Assembly: GCA_034521595.1 (NCBI GenBank)
Contig: JAXHMG010000003.1
Coordinates: 864,001 to 928,000 of the forward strand
Direction of reading: 5' to 3'
DNA: 64,000 nt
Source: Gemmatimonadota bacterium
Lineage (GTDB): Bacteria > Gemmatimonadota > Gemmatimonadetes > Longimicrobiales > Gaopeijiaceae
Shown here: piece by piece, positions 1 through 8,692 of the stretch
How positions within the stretch are numbered: position 1 is the first letter of the stretch
How the letters are laid out: each line of letters starts with the position of its first letter
Made by a program: the position numbers and the translations under genes
Notes under the pieces: generated by a model
Seen by the model: only the letters and a program-made list of their open reading frames with translations
The model's database searches: none
What the model was told of the DNA's origin: nothing

Positions 1-2
1 CC

Positions 3-497
3 GCGGGCTTGAGCCTCTTCTTCCTGCGGGCCGACGCGGAACGCCTCGGTGCCCTCGGCACGTACCGGCACGACGCCGGTGCCCTAGGCCTCGGTTATCG
101 ATTCGCGGTCACGGAAGAGCGCGGTCCGGAAGACGTCGCGGTCGCCGGTGGGGTGGACGTTTCGGGATTCCTGGCCCGGGGCATCGAGGACGCCGACGTG
201 GACGTGGTGTGGTGGTCGGGTCTGGGCGCGGGTATCGGGAACGAGACGGTCGTGAGCGTGCCGCTGGGGCTGATCGTCGGCTGGAGCGGTGAGTCCGACA
301 CCGGCGTCATCTTCAGCCCCTACGGGGGTGGGCACGTCGCGCTGGACTTCGTCTCCGGACCGGGGGACAACGTCGACTTCCAGGGAGCCGTCGATCTCGG
401 AACCGACATCGTGCTCAACTCCGGGTGGATGATCCGGTTCGGGGCGACCCTGGGAGACCGGGAAGCGCTCGCGCTGGGATTCAAGATTCCGAACTGA
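3..497 (+). CDS. Hypothetical outer-membrane beta-strand protein, 5' end outside the window
   Basis: Frame is open from the window edge; Gly-rich alternating beta-strand pattern ending ALGFKIPN. Confidence 0.6.
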   Translation, partial: AGLSLFFLRADAERLGALGTYRHDAGALGLGYRFAVTEERGPEDVAVAGGVDVSGFLARGIEDADVDVVWWSGLGAGIGNETVVSVPLGLIVGWSGESDTGVIFSPYGGGHVALDFVSGPGDNVDFQGAVDLGTDIVLNSGWMIRFGATLGDREALALGFKIPN

Positions 498-601
498 GCG
501 GCGGCCGGAGTCGATCCGGCGTACACGGCCGCGTACCGGCGACACGAGCAGCGTGGTAACCACCGCCGAAACGGGCCGCGGAAGAGGCTCGCCCGGCTCG
601 C

Positions 602-943
602 TCAGGGGGACGGCTCGACCGGCTCCGGCGGGACCGAGTCGAGGCGGACCTCGATCTCGTTCCAGAGATCGCGCATGAAGTCGAGGTCTCGGCCGCGGGC
701 GTCCACGTAGTCCAAGAGCGTCTCTTCCGTGACGTCGTGACGCTCGAGGATCGCGTTTCGGGTGCTGTCCGTCAGCACTCCGTCCTCGTCGCGAAGTGCC
801 GCGGCTCGCAGGTCCACGTAGGCGTCGATGAAGCCTTCACGGGTGAGCTCGCCCGACGCCCGTTCCGAGCCGTTCCCACAGGCCCACCCGACCAGGACGA
901 AGGCGCATGCGGCGCAGACGATGAGAAACAGGCGGATCGGCAT
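602..943 (-). CDS. Hypothetical lipoprotein (small, helical, DUF4296-like)
   Basis: Hydrophobic N-terminus with lipobox-like GWAC followed by an acidic helical domain. Confidence 0.65.
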   Translation of the reverse strand: MPIRLFLIVCAACAFVLVGWACGNGSERASGELTREGFIDAYVDLRAAALRDEDGVLTDSTRNAILERHDVTEETLLDYVDARGRDLDFMRDLWNEIEVRLDSVPPEPVEPSP

Positions 944-1039
944 GGTCTGTGCTCAGCAGGGGTGCGTGCGACAAGGGCGACTTCCATGCAAATTAGAACA
1001 CGCGAACGCGCCACGTCCAAGCCGAGAAGTGAGACAACC

Positions 1040-2482
1040 ATGAAGCTGCAGAAGCCGATCTTGTTCGCCTCGCTGCTGGCCGTGACCGCGTGCGCGGTGA
1101 ATCCGGCCACTGGCCGTCGCGAGCTCTCCCTGGTGAGCGAAGCCGGCGAGATCGAGATGGGGCGGGAGGCCGACCCCCAGATCCGCGCCCAAATGGGGTT
1201 GGTCGAGAACGAGGCGCTCCAGAGCTACGTCTCGGATATGGGGCTCCGCCTCGCGTCCGTGTCCGAACGACCCGACCTGCCGTGGACGTTCCACGTCGTC
1301 GATGAGCCGGGCGTCAACGCGTTCGCGCTCCCCGGGGGCTTCATCTACGTGACCCGTGGCATCCTGGCGCACTTCGACTCCGAAGCCGAGCTGGCCGGCG
1401 TGCTCGGACACGAGATCGGTCACGTCACCGCCCGCCACTCGGTGTCGCAGATGAGCCGCCAGCAGCTCCAGCAGATCGGCCTCGGGGTCGGCATGGTGCT
1501 TTCGGAGGACGTGCGCCAGCTCGGCGGGCTCCTCAGCGCCGGCATGCAGCTCATCAATCTCAGGTACTCCAGGGGTGACGAGACGCAGTCCGACGAGCTG
1601 GGGCTTCGATACGTCTCCCTTGTGGGGTACGATCCCACGGCCATGATCGGGGTATTCGAGATGTTGGCTCAGGCCGGCGGGAGCGGACAGGAGGAAGGTC
1701 GGATTCCGGAGTGGCAGCTCACCCATCCGTATCCCGAGAACCGCGCCGACAACATTCGGGCACGCATCGCCGAGGAGGGGCTCGATAGGTCGGGCACGGT
1801 CGCGCGCGACGCGTACCTGGACCGGATCGACGGCATGGTGTTCGGTGAGGATCCGCGGCAGGGATATTTCAAAGGATCACGGTTCGTACATCCCGAGCTC
1901 GCCTTCGACCTCACCTTTCCGGAGGGGTGGCGCACCATCAACCAGCGGTCCGTCGTCGCCGCCATCGAGCCGTCCGAGCAGGCCGTGATCACGCTCCAGG
2001 TGGCGGAGGACACGAACGCGCCCGCCGAAGCTCTGCGCGAGTTCCTGTCGCAGGAGGGCATCACGAGCGGTCCGGTCCGGGAGGACGGGACCGGCGGGAT
2101 CGAGCGGGCACGGGCCGAGTTCGAGGCGACGACGGAGGAAGGAACCGTCCGTGGCGAGGTGGCGTTCATCAGGCATGAAGACGTTGCCTACCGTCTGCTG
2201 GGATATGCTCCGAACGCGTCGGCCTGGGGCGGGCAAGCACAGAATGTGGCGGCGACGATCTCGAGCTTCCAGCCGCTCACGGACGCGGCGATTCTCGGGG
2301 TGGAGCCCTGGACCATCGAGATTCGCACGTTGTCGGAGGCTACGTCGCTCATGCGCTACGCGGCGGAGCATGCCTCCCCGGTCGAGCTCGAGGACCTCGC
2401 GCGCCTCAACCGTGTGACACCCGAAGAGGTGCTCTCGAGCGGCGCGCGCATCAAATGGGTCGTCGGTGCACCGCTTCCGTAG
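1040..2482 (+). CDS. M48-family zinc metalloprotease lipoprotein with C-terminal accessory domains
   Basis: Lipobox VTAC, NAFALPGG, HEIGH zinc motif, YSRGDETQSD and THP motifs; start moved to ATG 1040. Confidence 0.9.
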   Translation: MKLQKPILFASLLAVTACAVNPATGRRELSLVSEAGEIEMGREADPQIRAQMGLVENEALQSYVSDMGLRLASVSERPDLPWTFHVVDEPGVNAFALPGGFIYVTRGILAHFDSEAELAGVLGHEIGHVTARHSVSQMSRQQLQQIGLGVGMVLSEDVRQLGGLLSAGMQLINLRYSRGDETQSDELGLRYVSLVGYDPTAMIGVFEMLAQAGGSGQEEGRIPEWQLTHPYPENRADNIRARIAEEGLDRSGTVARDAYLDRIDGMVFGEDPRQGYFKGSRFVHPELAFDLTFPEGWRTINQRSVVAAIEPSEQAVITLQVAEDTNAPAEALREFLSQEGITSGPVREDGTGGIERARAEFEATTEEGTVRGEVAFIRHEDVAYRLLGYAPNASAWGGQAQNVAATISSFQPLTDAAILGVEPWTIEIRTLSEATSLMRYAAEHASPVELEDLARLNRVTPEEVLSSGARIKWVVGAPLP

Positions 2483-2506
2483 GGTGTTGGACGGCTAAAT
2501 CCATTC

Positions 2507-2522
2507 TGGCCCGGAACTTGAG
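2507..2522 (+). promoter_or_regulatory. Possible sigma-54 (-24/-12) promoter of clpB
   Basis: TGGCCCG-GAAC-TTGAG versus consensus TGGCACG-N4-TTGC; -12 element is imperfect. Confidence 0.35.
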
Positions 2523-2601
2523 TCTTTATAGGGTGCGAACGATGCGCGGCTGCCGAAATGGCAGCCAGCAGTGGTGAAACCCGAGGCCGAGAGACCGAGC
2601 G

Positions 2602-5241
2602 ATGCTGAATGCCGACAAACTGACCGTGAAATCCGCCGAAGCCCTCCAGGCAGCGAGCGCGGAGGCGCGACAGCGCGGAAATGCCGAAGTTCATGGAGTC
2701 CACCTCCTTCAGGCCCTGCTCGCGCAGGAAGACGGCATCGTCGTTCCGATTCTCCAGAAGCTCGAAGTGCCGGTGGGGTTGGTGCGGGAGCGTGCCGTCG
2801 AGGCCCTCGACCGCATGGCCCGGGTCGAAGGTGGGCCCGAGCCACAGATCTCCAGGGACCTCCGGGCCGCGCTCGAGGCGGCACAGGACGTCGCTCGGGA
2901 GCTCGGGGACGAGTACGTATCAACCGAGCACCTCCTGCTCGGGTTGACCGGAGAAAAGGACGATGCCGGGCGCATCCTTCGTGACGCCGGCGCGACGCTC
3001 TCGGAGGTCCGCGCCGCCACCGACGCCGTGCGGGGCTCCCACCGGGTCACCGACCAGACCCCCGAGGAGAGCTTCCAGGCGCTGGAGCGGTACTCGAGGG
3101 ATCTGACGGAACAGGCCCGGCGCGGAAAGCTGGATCCGGTGATCGGACGGGACGAGGAGATCCGCCGGGTGATCAAGGTCCTCGCCCGTCGGACGAAGAA
3201 CAACCCGGTTCTCATCGGAGAGCCCGGTGTCGGAAAGACGGCGATCGCCGAAGGGCTCGCGCAGCGCATGGTCGAAGGAGACATCCCGACGTCGCTGTCG
3301 AACAAAAAGCTCGTTCAGCTCGATATCTCGGCCATGTTGGCAGGGGCCAAGTACCGGGGAGAGTTCGAGGAGCGGATGAAGGCGGTGCTCAAGGAGATCA
3401 CCGAAGCCGAGGGACGTTACGTGGTCTTCATCGACGAGATGCACACGATCGTCGGGGCCGGTGCCGCCGAGGGCGCGGTCGATGCCGGGAACATGCTGAA
3501 GCCCGCGCTCGCGCGTGGGGAGCTCCACGTGGTCGGTGCGACCACGCTCGACGAGTACCGGAAGCATGTCGAGAAGGATCCGGCGCTGGAGCGCCGCTTC
3601 CAGCCGGTCTTCGTGGCGCCGCCTTCGGTCGAGGACGCGGTGGCGATCCTCCGGGGGCTGAAAGAACGCTACGAGGTGCACCACGGGGTTCGCATCACGG
3701 ACAACGCGGTGATCGCGGCGGCGAAGCTGTCGGACCGGTACATCGGGGGGCGTTTCCTCCCGGATAAGGCGATCGACCTCATCGACGAGGCGGGGAGCCG
3801 CCTGCGCATCGAGATCGACTCTCTGCCGCAGGAGATCGACGAGGTGGAGCGTCGTATCGTTCAGCTCGAGATCGAGCGCCAGGCGCTGCAGAAGGAGAGC
3901 GGAGCCGCGGCGACGGAGCGGCGTGACGCCATCGAGGAAGAGCTCGCGGAATTGCGCGAGAAGAGTCAGAGCATGAAGGCGCGGTGGCAGTCGGAGAAGG
4001 ACGTCATCGACGAGATCCAAACGCTCCGGAGCCGGGTCGACGAGCTGCGCTCGGAGGCCGACCGGGCGACGCGCACGGGAGACCTCAACCGGGCCGCCGA
4101 GATCAACTACGGAGAGATTCCGGAGGCCGAAGCCAAGGTCGAGGAGCTCTCCTCACGGCTGGCCGAGCTCCAAGAGGAGCAGAAGTTCCTCCGTGAAGAG
4201 GTGGAGGCCGACGACATCGCGGCGGTGGTCGCCGAGTGGACGGGCATTCCGGTTTCCAGGTTGCTCGAATCCGAGCGGCAGCGTCTGACCCACCTCGAGG
4301 ACCACCTCGGCCTCCGGGTCGTCGGGCAACAGGAAGCGGTCACAGCGGTCTCGAACGCGGTGCGCCGGTCCCGTGCCGGACTTCAGGATCCGAATCGGCC
4401 GGTGGGCTCGTTCGTCTTCCTCGGCCCGACCGGAGTGGGTAAGACGGAGACGGCGCGCGCGCTCGCGGAGTTCATCTTCGACGACGAGCGGGCCATGGTC
4501 CGGATCGACATGTCGGAGTACATGGAAAAGCACGCCGTCGCACGTCTGATCGGCGCCCCTCCGGGCTACGTGGGCTTCGAGGAGGGCGGTCAGTTGACCG
4601 AGGCCGTGCGCCGCCGGCCCCACGCGGTCATCCTCTTCGACGAGATCGAGAAGGCCCATTCGGATGTGTTCAACGTCCTGCTCCAGATCCTCGACGACGG
4701 GCGGCTGACGGACGCGCACGGGCGAACGGTCGACTTCCGCAACGTCGTCATCATCATGACGTCCAACATCGGGAGCCAGCACATCCTGGCCGCCGGACCG
4801 GAGGGCGACTGGGACGCCGTCGAACACGAAGTGAGGGAGCAACTCCACCATCACTTCCGGCCGGAGTTCCTGAACCGGATCGACGACATCGTCGTGTTCC
4901 GGCCGCTCAGCGCCGAGGACCTACGCAAGATCGTCGACCTTCAGCTCGAGTGGGTCGTGTCGCTCGCGCACGAAGCCGGAGCGGAGCTCGAGATCACGGA
5001 CCGTGCGAGAGACTACCTCGCGGAAGCAGGCTACGACCCGGTGTTCGGCGCACGACCGCTGAAGCGAGCCATTCAGCGCTCACTCCAGGACCCGCTCGCC
5101 CTGTTCCTCTTGGATGCGGAGATCGAGGAGGGAACACGGATCGTGGCCGACCTCGACGAGCAGGGGAGCGGCCTGACGCTGTCCGCGACCCGGGAGCGGT
5201 CCGAGGCCGAGGAACCCGATCCGGTCGGGGCGGCCGAATGA
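2602..5241 (+). CDS. clpB: ATP-dependent chaperone ClpB
   Basis: Two AAA+ modules ([16 protein letters not shown]), long middle coiled coil, [11 protein letters not shown], 879 aa. Confidence 0.98.
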   Translation: MLNADKLTVKSAEALQAASAEARQRGNAEVHGVHLLQALLAQEDGIVVPILQKLEVPVGLVRERAVEALDRMARVEGGPEPQISRDLRAALEAAQDVARELGDEYVSTEHLLLGLTGEKDDAGRILRDAGATLSEVRAATDAVRGSHRVTDQTPEESFQALERYSRDLTEQARRGKLDPVIGRDEEIRRVIKVLARRTKNNPVLIGEPGVGKTAIAEGLAQRMVEGDIPTSLSNKKLVQLDISAMLAGAKYRGEFEERMKAVLKEITEAEGRYVVFIDEMHTIVGAGAAEGAVDAGNMLKPALARGELHVVGATTLDEYRKHVEKDPALERRFQPVFVAPPSVEDAVAILRGLKERYEVHHGVRITDNAVIAAAKLSDRYIGGRFLPDKAIDLIDEAGSRLRIEIDSLPQEIDEVERRIVQLEIERQALQKESGAAATERRDAIEEELAELREKSQSMKARWQSEKDVIDEIQTLRSRVDELRSEADRATRTGDLNRAAEINYGEIPEAEAKVEELSSRLAELQEEQKFLREEVEADDIAAVVAEWTGIPVSRLLESERQRLTHLEDHLGLRVVGQQEAVTAVSNAVRRSRAGLQDPNRPVGSFVFLGPTGVGKTETARALAEFIFDDERAMVRIDMSEYMEKHAVARLIGAPPGYVGFEEGGQLTEAVRRRPHAVILFDEIEKAHSDVFNVLLQILDDGRLTDAHGRTVDFRNVVIIMTSNIGSQHILAAGPEGDWDAVEHEVREQLHHHFRPEFLNRIDDIVVFRPLSAEDLRKIVDLQLEWVVSLAHEAGAELEITDRARDYLAEAGYDPVFGARPLKRAIQRSLQDPLALFLLDAEIEEGTRIVADLDEQGSGLTLSATRERSEAEEPDPVGAAE

Positions 5242-5332
5242 CGGCTCTGGTCAAGGGGTTCTCCGGGCTTCCGACACGGAAGGTTTTTCCCGAGATTCGG
5301 ATGGGTGATTCACCGAGCACGGAGAGCGCGCG

Positions 5333-5839
5333 ATGACCGCAGGGCGCAACTGGTTCCTGCTGTGGGCGGTCGTGATGGTCACGGCCTGTTCCTCGACACA
5401 GGGTGGGGTGAATCCGGCCACGGCCGTCGAGCCGCAGCTCTCCGTCGAGCGCTTCCTGCAGGCGGTGAACACCCGGGACCTCGAAGCCATGGGGCGCCTG
5501 TTCGGTACGGCGGATGGCCCTTTGGGTGATACGGGGAGCACGATCGGATGTGCGTTCAAGAAGATCGGATCCTGGTTCGGCGGGGAAGCCTGCCGGAGCC
5601 GCCAGGAAATCGAGCTACGCCTGGACGCGATCGCTTCGATCCTCGAACACCAGGACTACACGGTCACCCGGCAGCAGCGGGTCGCGGGGCGGCGGCATCC
5701 GACCAGCCGCGTGCTCGTCGATCTGGTCATGGACGAGGAGCGTGTGGTGCGTGGCGTCCCGTTCGTCGTGGTGAACGGTGGTAATGGGCGGTGGTTCGTC
5801 GAAGAGGTCGATCTCGAGTTGGTCATGGAGGGCGCATGA
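5333..5839 (+). CDS. Hypothetical lipoprotein (NTF2-like)
   Basis: Lipobox VTAC; SVERFLQA...GRWFVEEVDL pattern. Confidence 0.7.
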   Translation: MTAGRNWFLLWAVVMVTACSSTQGGVNPATAVEPQLSVERFLQAVNTRDLEAMGRLFGTADGPLGDTGSTIGCAFKKIGSWFGGEACRSRQEIELRLDAIASILEHQDYTVTRQQRVAGRRHPTSRVLVDLVMDEERVVRGVPFVVVNGGNGRWFVEEVDLELVMEGA

Positions 5840-5853
5840 CGCTCCTCCGGGCG

Positions 5854-6264
5854 TCAGGAGTCCCGCTGAACCAATTCGACGAGCACGCCACCGGTGCTCG
5901 AGGGGTGGAGGAACGCCACCAGGCCGTGCGCACCCGGGCGCGGCGACTCGTCGATGAGGCGCATGCCCTGGTCGCGCGCACGCTCCATCTCGCGCTCGAT
6001 GTCGGTCGTGCGGTAGGCGACGTGATGCAGGCCGGGACCGCGCTTCGCCAGGAAACGGCCTACAGTGGTATCGGGGCCCGTCGGTTCGAGGAGCTCCATC
6101 ATCCCGACGAAGGCCACGCGGACGCCCTGGCCCTCGATCGTCGTCGGGGTGGAACATGTCTCCCTCGACAAGGATTCATAGTAGGTACGGTGTTCCTCGA
6201 TGGAAGGAACCGCGACGGCCACGTGATCGAGTGGCAGCGTCGCTGGTAGATTTTGCATCACCAT
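5854..6264 (-). CDS. mce: Methylmalonyl-CoA epimerase (VOC family)
   Basis: LDHVAVAV, ELLEP, GPGLHHVAY, FLHPSSTGGVLVELVQ. Confidence 0.9.
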   Translation of the reverse strand: MVMQNLPATLPLDHVAVAVPSIEEHRTYYESLSRETCSTPTTIEGQGVRVAFVGMMELLEPTGPDTTVGRFLAKRGPGLHHVAYRTTDIEREMERARDQGMRLIDESPRPGAHGLVAFLHPSSTGGVLVELVQRDS

Positions 6265-6343
6265 TAGTCCTGTGCGGTTGGAGTGCGGGGCCCTGGGCTC
6301 GATCGCGAGGCGACGAGCCCATCCAAGCTAAAGGAGAAATCAG

Positions 6344-6679
6344 ATGGCCACGAGTGACGCGATTCTCGAAGTCACCGACAACAACTTCGTTTCGGAGATC
6401 GAGCAGGGCGAGGGCCTCCATATGGTCGACTTCTGGGCCACGTGGTGTGGCCCGTGTCGTATGGTGGCGCCCATCGTCAGCGAGCTCGCCGGAGAGTATC
6501 AGGATAAAGGTTTGCGGGTCGGAAAGCTCGATGTCGACTCGAATCCCAGCACCACGGCGCGCTTCCGCGTGACCTCCATCCCGAGTGTTCTCTTCTTCAA
6601 GGGCGGGGAGCTCGTGGACCGCGTGGTCGGGGCCGTCCCGCGGCCGCAGCTCGAAGAGAAGATCAAGGAGCACTTGTAA
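6344..6679 (+). CDS. trxA: Thioredoxin
   Basis: DFWATWCGPC active site, cis-Pro motif SIP, AAGGAG RBS. Confidence 0.97.
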   Translation: MATSDAILEVTDNNFVSEIEQGEGLHMVDFWATWCGPCRMVAPIVSELAGEYQDKGLRVGKLDVDSNPSTTARFRVTSIPSVLFFKGGELVDRVVGAVPRPQLEEKIKEHL

Positions 6680-6709
6680 CGGCGCCAGGCCCTCGCCATG
6701 GCCGTGAAA

Positions 6710-6761
6710 GACGCGCGCCCGGGATGCCCGACATGGAGAGGCGTCCCGGGCGCGTCGTTTT
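6710..6761 (+). terminator. Intrinsic terminator after trxA
   Basis: GCGCCCGGGATGCC ... GGCGTCCCGGGCGC stem followed by GTCGTTTT. Confidence 0.65.
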
Positions 6762-6794
6762 CCGAGCGGGGCGGCGCCCGCTATCTTACCCGGT

Positions 6795-7661
6795 GTGTCC
6801 ACGCTCTACTTGGTCAGCACCCCGATCGGCAATCTCGGGGACTTCACGCCCCGGGCCGCCGAAACCCTCACGGCCGTTTCGCGCATTCTCGCCGAGGATA
6901 CCCGGCGCAGCCGCGTGCTGGCGGATCGTGCCGGATCGACGGCTCCTTTGGTTTCGCTCCACCAGCACAACGAGCGGGAGCGGATCGAGCGCATCCTCGA
7001 GTGGATGAGCCGTGGGGAAGATCTCGCCCTGGTTTCCGACGCCGGCACTCCCATCGTGTCCGATCCCGGAGGGCGGGTGGTCACGGCGGTGCTCGCCGCC
7101 GGCCACGACGTGGTGCCCATCCCCGGGCCGAGCGCCGTCTTGGCGGCGTTGGCGGCGTCCGGCTTGCCGGGGGAGCGCTTCACGTTCCTCGGGTTTCCGG
7201 ATCGGAAGGGGGCGGCGCGCCGCGACCTCGTTCGTAGGATCGCGCGCAGCACGGAAACGGTGGTGCTCTTCGAGTCCCCCGTCCGGGTACCCCGGCTTCT
7301 CGTCGACCTCCTCGAGGCGTGCGGCGCGGACCGGCGCGTTGCCGTGGCGCGCGAGCTGACCAAGGTCCACGAGACGATCTTGCGTGGAACCCTCCGGGAA
7401 GCGGTCGCCTACTATGAAGAGACACCGCCGAAGGGAGAGGTCACGTTGGTGGTCGAGGGTGTACCGGCCGAGCAGCCCGCGCCCCTGGATGAGGAGTGGG
7501 TGCGCGAGCAGGCACGTGAGCTCCTCGATGGCGGGATGCGGCCGTCGAGAGCGGCGCGCGAGTTGGCGCGCCGCTTCGAGGTGGGCCGTAACGACGCGTA
7601 CCGTATCGTGCACTCCGTGACGGATGCGCAAGCGCCGGGGGACGGTCCCGAACAGGAATGA
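6795..7661 (+). CDS. rsmI: 16S rRNA (cytidine1402-2'-O)-methyltransferase
   Basis: LYLVSTPIGNLGD, LVSDAGTP..SDPG, ARELTKVHE, KGEVTLVV. Confidence 0.96.
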   Translation: MSTLYLVSTPIGNLGDFTPRAAETLTAVSRILAEDTRRSRVLADRAGSTAPLVSLHQHNERERIERILEWMSRGEDLALVSDAGTPIVSDPGGRVVTAVLAAGHDVVPIPGPSAVLAALAASGLPGERFTFLGFPDRKGAARRDLVRRIARSTETVVLFESPVRVPRLLVDLLEACGADRRVAVARELTKVHETILRGTLREAVAYYEETPPKGEVTLVVEGVPAEQPAPLDEEWVREQARELLDGGMRPSRAARELARRFEVGRNDAYRIVHSVTDAQAPGDGPEQE

Positions 7662-8692
7662 CGAGCTTAGCAGCCCGTGGCAGAAGTCTGGTGGCCCGGA
7701 CCCGTGCTGCGCCCGGGTGCCCCGGGAGCGGCACGGCCCGCGATCCTATGGCGGAGTCCCGAAGGCGTAGCCGTAGCTACGTCGAGGGGCTCCAACGACG
7801 GGGGGCACCCGCGCCCGGAGGGCGTGGGTCGGGCCGTGCCGCCCCGGGCACCGCCGCGCCAGCGGTGGTCCGAAGGGCACGAGGGGACCAACGCTATCGC
7901 GTCGGTGCCCGCGGCCGCATGCGGCGTTGGCTCCTTTCGCCGATGCTACGGCATCGCCTTCAAGAAGCCGCCTTGCCTGCGGCGCGCAAGACCCTCGTGC
8001 GCGGGCCACCAGACTTCTGCCACGGGCTGCTAGTGCTGGTGGCGGTGTTGGTCCTGGGAGCTCCGGGGCTGGGAGCCGCGCAGGTCGGTGACTCGCTGAC
8101 GATCGCTCGCCTCCAGTATGGAGGTGGAGGGGATTGGTACGCGAACCCGTCGTCGCTCCCCAATCTCCTGGCGGCCGTTCGTGAGCGGACCGGCATCGTC
8201 ACGGCCCGTCGTGAAGCCGACGTGGAGCCGCTCGATCCGTCGCTTTCGGATTTCCCCTACCTCTACATGACGGGCCACGGTGAGGTGCGGTTCACGCCCC
8301 AGGAACGCGCGGCCCTCCGCACGTACCTGACGTCCGGAGGGTTCTTGCACGCGGACGACAACTACGGGCTGGACGAGTCGTTCCGCCGCGAGGTCGCCGC
8401 GTTGTTCCCCGATGCCGAGCTCACCGAGATTCCGCCGGACCATCCGGTCTTCCGTGCCTATTACGAGTTCCCGGACGGCTTGCCCAAGATCCACGAGCAC
8501 GACGGAGCCCCGCCCCAGGCGCTCGGGATCTTTCACGGAGGCCGGCTGGTGGTCTTTTACTCGTTCGAGTCCGATCTGGGTGACGGGTGGGAGGACCCGG
8601 ACGTGCACGGCGATCCTGCTGAGGTGCGTGAGGAGGCCCTGCGCATGGGTGTGAACCTCTTCGTGTATGTTCTCGGCCAGGAGGCTTCGTGA
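7658..8692 (+). CDS. DUF4159-family exported protein carrying a 121-codon in-frame MITE insertion near its N-terminus
   Basis: ARLQYGGGGDWYANPSSLPNL, YMTGHG, GGFLHADDNYGLD, SDLGDGWED; ATGA overlap with rsmI; 223 aa once the element is removed. Confidence 0.85.
   Translation: MTSLAARGRSLVARTRAAPGCPGSGTARDPMAESRRRSRSYVEGLQRRGAPAPGGRGSGRAAPGTAAPAVVRRARGDQRYRVGARGRMRRWLLSPMLRHRLQEAALPAARKTLVRGPPDFCHGLLVLVAVLVLGAPGLGAAQVGDSLTIARLQYGGGGDWYANPSSLPNLLAAVRERTGIVTARREADVEPLDPSLSDFPYLYMTGHGEVRFTPQERAALRTYLTSGGFLHADDNYGLDESFRREVAALFPDAELTEIPPDHPVFRAYYEFPDGLPKIHEHDGAPPQALGIFHGGRLVVFYSFESDLGDGWEDPDVHGDPAEVREEALRMGVNLFVYVLGQEAS
7670..8030. mobile_element. Non-autonomous MITE (361 bp) with 29-bp perfect terminal inverted repeats and TA duplication
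   Basis: GCAGCCCGTGGCAGAAGTCTGGTGGCCCG (7670-7698) is the exact reverse complement of 8002-8030; flanked by TA at 7668-69 and 8031-32; internal hairpins; no transposase. Confidence 0.9.

Noticed and set aside
2517-2537. HAIR (HspR) operator upstream of clpB
   Set aside because: Only the CTTGAGT half is present; the ACTCAAG half is missing
7668-8033. CRISPR array or tRNA explanation for the palindromic segment
   Set aside because: The repeats are inverted rather than direct, with no spacers, cas genes or cloverleaf; a MITE fits better
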